Positions 60,491 to 64,000 of a stretch of DNA of 64,000 nucleotides are shown one piece after another. Both the position numbers and the translations under genes were made by a program. This stretch comes from Azolla caroliniana (lineage: Eukaryota; Plantae; Polypodiophyta). The DNA is taken from NCBI GenBank assembly GCA_043228905.1, contig JBHGNT010000012.1, positions 5,022,001-5,086,000 of the forward strand, in the 5' to 3' direction. The first letter of the stretch is position 1; every line of letters begins with the position of its first letter. Under the pieces are notes generated by a model. The model saw nothing but the letters and a program-made list of their open reading frames with translations. It was not told the origin of the DNA and ran no database searches.

Positions 60491-61062
60491 ACCGAGTGGA
60501 GCGATCTGGTCGAAGAAAAGACTGGCTTTGTGGAAGCCGTTTGCCAAAACTACGAGGTTCTGGTAGAAGACAAGCGTACGGGAAAGGTCGGTGTCGTGAA
60601 GATTTCCGGCTATAGTGTGAAACTGGGGTGGAATGGGCAAGTCGGTGGGGTGCAACATGTGCACACGTATACTAGGAAATGGTGTATAGGAATAAGAGGG
60701 GAAATTTTATCCCACATTGTAAGGTCCCTCCCTCCTTGGGCTATAAAAGGAAGGGGGGGATCACTTATGAAGGGGTTGCCCATTTTGAGTTAGGAGGGTA
60801 TACCACTTAGGTCGAAGGTGTGTTAGTTCTTCTTCTTCTTACTTTAGAGTTCTTGGAGGTCTCCTTCTTCGTGTCTGTTTAGGGTTTTAGCCCGGTGAAG
60901 AGCTTGGATGTTCTGTGGGGGCTTACTTCTGCTCGGCCTCCTGTGCAAGTTCCCACTTGACGCGACGAGCCCGAGAGCCCCCTGACGGCGGCTTGGCGGC
61001 AAACTGTTGTTGTGACCTAGCCTACCTCAGTTCGGCTCGGAGCCAGAGTTGTATCTTGCTCT

Positions 61063-61098
<36 letters not shown>

Positions 61099-64000
61099 AG
61101 TTTTGGGCATCTGTGTCTTTGTCGGTGTCTTTGGAGTTCTTTCTTTCTGGTTTCTGTACATAGGATGCGTGTGCCTAGTAAGGGTTGCGTGCACGCCCTT
61201 TTCCCTCTCTCATACGGTTGCTCCCTATACGTATCCGGAAACGCTTTGGTTGGTGTCTTGGACGATCGCGAGAAGAAGTGCGGCTCAACCTTCCATACTT
61301 CGTCTCTCTCTCGTCCGAGACCCCCGTGGTCCCGCCCCTTCTACACGCACGCGCATAACAACGTGACACCGGAGGGACCGGACCCTCGCAGCGGTACAAG
61401 ACCCGGTTTGGGCCGAAGCAAAATGCCGTCAGTGCTACCGGCACACCGGATATAGCAAAGAAAGCCGTTTACTGGTTGAGCACAGAGATAGAAAGAACGA
61501 CGGACCTGCGGAAGGTCCTTGAGGAACGAATCCTCGACAACAAGGTGGAGCTGTCGCTGAGGGAAGTGCTTGGGATCGCTAAGAAAGAATTCCATGACTC
61601 CATCGTGGACCTAGTGAAGCGAAAAAGGCTTTCGACGGAGTCGGAGCCGGAGAAGGCGGTTGAGGTGTGAACGACGCACCTAGAAGACATGGCCCTGGAA
61701 GACGAGTTGGCGGAAAGCCACTATTCAAAGTTGCACTGGGCAAGAGCCACTACGGAGACCCCGGTTAGGATCGGGGACGTTCAGGAGCCGGTGGTGGCAT
61801 TGGTAGACCACGGTTTGGAGATCAAGCTGATGTCTATGGACTTCTACAAGAAGGGCAAGTGGCTGATCAACACCAAGCATGGGTGGAAAATATGAGCGGC
61901 GACGAGCGCCACTGAGGAGTTACATGGGGCCTGCCCGAATGTACAGGTGGAAATCAGTGATGTCGAGATTGACCAACACTTCTTCGTGTAGGAGACATCC
62001 TCGCATCCGGTGATACTCGGAGAACCGTACATTACAGCAGCACATATGGAGACGAAAGTGTTGGATAACGGTTCGGCATACGCACGCATGAAGAGCCAAG
62101 ATGGGTGACACTCCGTCCAATTTCTAACGGTGCAACCGAACCATGAGCGCAACCGCGAGACCCTTGGCGGCGAAAGCCGAGGGGATTTTTAGAGAGGGCT
62201 ATCAAGGTGTGGGGCCGCGATAGTCTGAACTCCCTAGAGACACCCCACACGTGTACCATAGGAAGGAAGCCCTATACTATAGATAGGAAATTTTGGTTCT
62301 TCGACAATGGAGGCTATACGATAACCGGCATTAGCGGCCGGGAGAAGAAACAGGTAGAGGAACGTCTCAGGGCGTGCGGAGTCCTAGGCCCCAACGATGA
62401 GATTGGTGGAGCCGTGGAGGCGGTCTCTTTCGACGACACCTTGGGGAAATTAAAGAAGGTGTTCAAAGAAGGCCTCATCGAAGACCAGACGATTTCGGTT
62501 AATTCAGAAAAGATGTACGAAATCATCGCCGACTTTGGGGAGAGGGTCGAGTTGGATCGGATGGCCCATGTGCATATGAAGTACAAGACTGTGGACCAGA
62601 AGGTGAGGCCAATTGCGGCACCCTTGCCGGAGGGTAGCGGGTTACGGATGAAAGGGGTCGCGTCGGACCCAAGTCTACGGGATCCGGTCAGCATAGGACA
62701 CCGGTTCACCGACATAACGCTACAGGAGCTCAAGGTTGGTGGGGGTGGCTTTCTACTGCCGACGGAGGAGGAACAGTTTCGGGGAATGCTCGGGAGGCAC
62801 GGGAAGGCCTTCACATCCTCGCCGGAAGAGATCGGGTGTGTGGACCCGATGGTCATTGAGCCGATGGTTATCTTTACAGTACCGCATGTGCCATGGAATC
62901 TCAAACCGATTCCAATACCTAGAGCTCACATCCTGAAGTTGATGAAGCTGCTGAAGCAGAAGGTGGAGATGGGCATCCTCGAACCGTCGAGTGCCCCATA
63001 CTCGAATCGGTGGTTTACCGTGCCTAAGAAGAATGGCACGTTGCGCTTTATTTAGGACCTACAGCCGGTCAACAAGGTGACCATTTGGAACGCAGGGATC
63101 AGGCTGACCATTGATGAGTTCGCGGAGGCCTTCTCCGGAATGTCAATTTACTCGGTCAAAGATCTGTACTCGGGGTACGACCAATTCCAACTAGCTGTAG
63201 AAAGCAGATATATTACGATGATGCGGACTCCTCTCCGCCTAGTGTGGATGTGTACCGTTCCGCAAGGAGGGACAAACTCGGTAGCGCACATGGTGAATGC
63301 GATGAATAAGGTGCTAAGGGACTGCATCTCGGACATCACCATGCCTTTTTTGGATGACATTCCGATCAAGGGATGTCCAGTGGAGGATAAGGACGAAATG
63401 GTCGGACCAGACGGGTGTCAAAGATTCGTCTCAGACCACATTGGAGACTGCGAGAGGGTGCTACAGAAGCTCGAAGGCATGCGGCTCACCTTCTTCGGGG
63501 AGAAGTCGGCTTTCGGATAGTCGGAAATCATGGTCGTTGGACACCTGTGCGGGTTTTACGGATGGAAACCATCCCCGGCTAAGGTTGAAGCCATCTCCGC
63601 AACGAAGGAAGACAGGAGGTCGGTTATAGAAGTCCGGAGGTTCTTGGGAGCTTGCGCGTTCTACCACATTTGGATCTCGCATTACGCCCATATCGCGGAG
63701 CCACTCTACGGGTTGTTGAAGAAAGGGCGCAAGTTCAAGTGGAGCAGGGAGCATGCGGAGTTGGTCTGGAAAATGAAAGAAGCGCTTGCCGTGGCACCGA
63801 CACTCCGGAAAGCAGTCTACGATAAAAATGTTCCAATTTATGTAACCGTAGACACGAGTCCGACCGGGATCGGATGGGTGATCAACCAGGAGGATAAGAA
63901 TGACGCGAGGTTCCCCATCCGGTTTGGTGCGAAAGTACTTAGCGCACAACAGCGAGGATACGCCCAGGTTAAACGCGAACTCTTGGGTATCGTTTCCGCG
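60491..64000 (+). repeat. Near-identical copy of 39147-42653 (gypsy gag-pol plus the same solo LTR at 60592-61368)
   Basis: Collinear at an offset of about 21345, with shared stop codons and scattered substitutions. Confidence 0.97.

Overview
This is a eukaryotic plant window, probably from a fern or other non-seed plant (inferred only from the element types). It contains no recognisable host gene. Almost the whole 64 kb resolves into nested, mostly decayed transposable elements. (i) A minus-strand L1-type LINE (1-18.3 kb) is split by a 6.2-kb hAT transposon, which itself carries a hAT MITE, and by an LTR cluster. (ii) An RT-less copia element has a solo LTR with a 54-bp tandem array inserted in its 5' LTR. 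(iii) There is an RTE/RTEX-like LINE. (iv) A six-layer LTR nest runs from 32 to 60 kb. (v) After a 100-N gap there is a ~99% copy of 39.1-42.7 kb. The best candidate for a new system is the young gypsy element at 45870-55656 (419-bp LTRs with about 4 differences, 5-bp TSD, one gag-pol frame plus a large extra ORF). It has no polypurine tract next to its 3' LTR. In that position is a sense copy of the 3' end of tRNA-Arg(UCU), i.e. a second, inverted primer-binding site, which suggests both DNA strands may be tRNA-primed. A second gypsy lineage uses a tRNA-Trp PBS and appears to make 4-bp TSDs at CCGG. tRNA assignments come from my recollection of plant tRNA 3' ends and need a database check.
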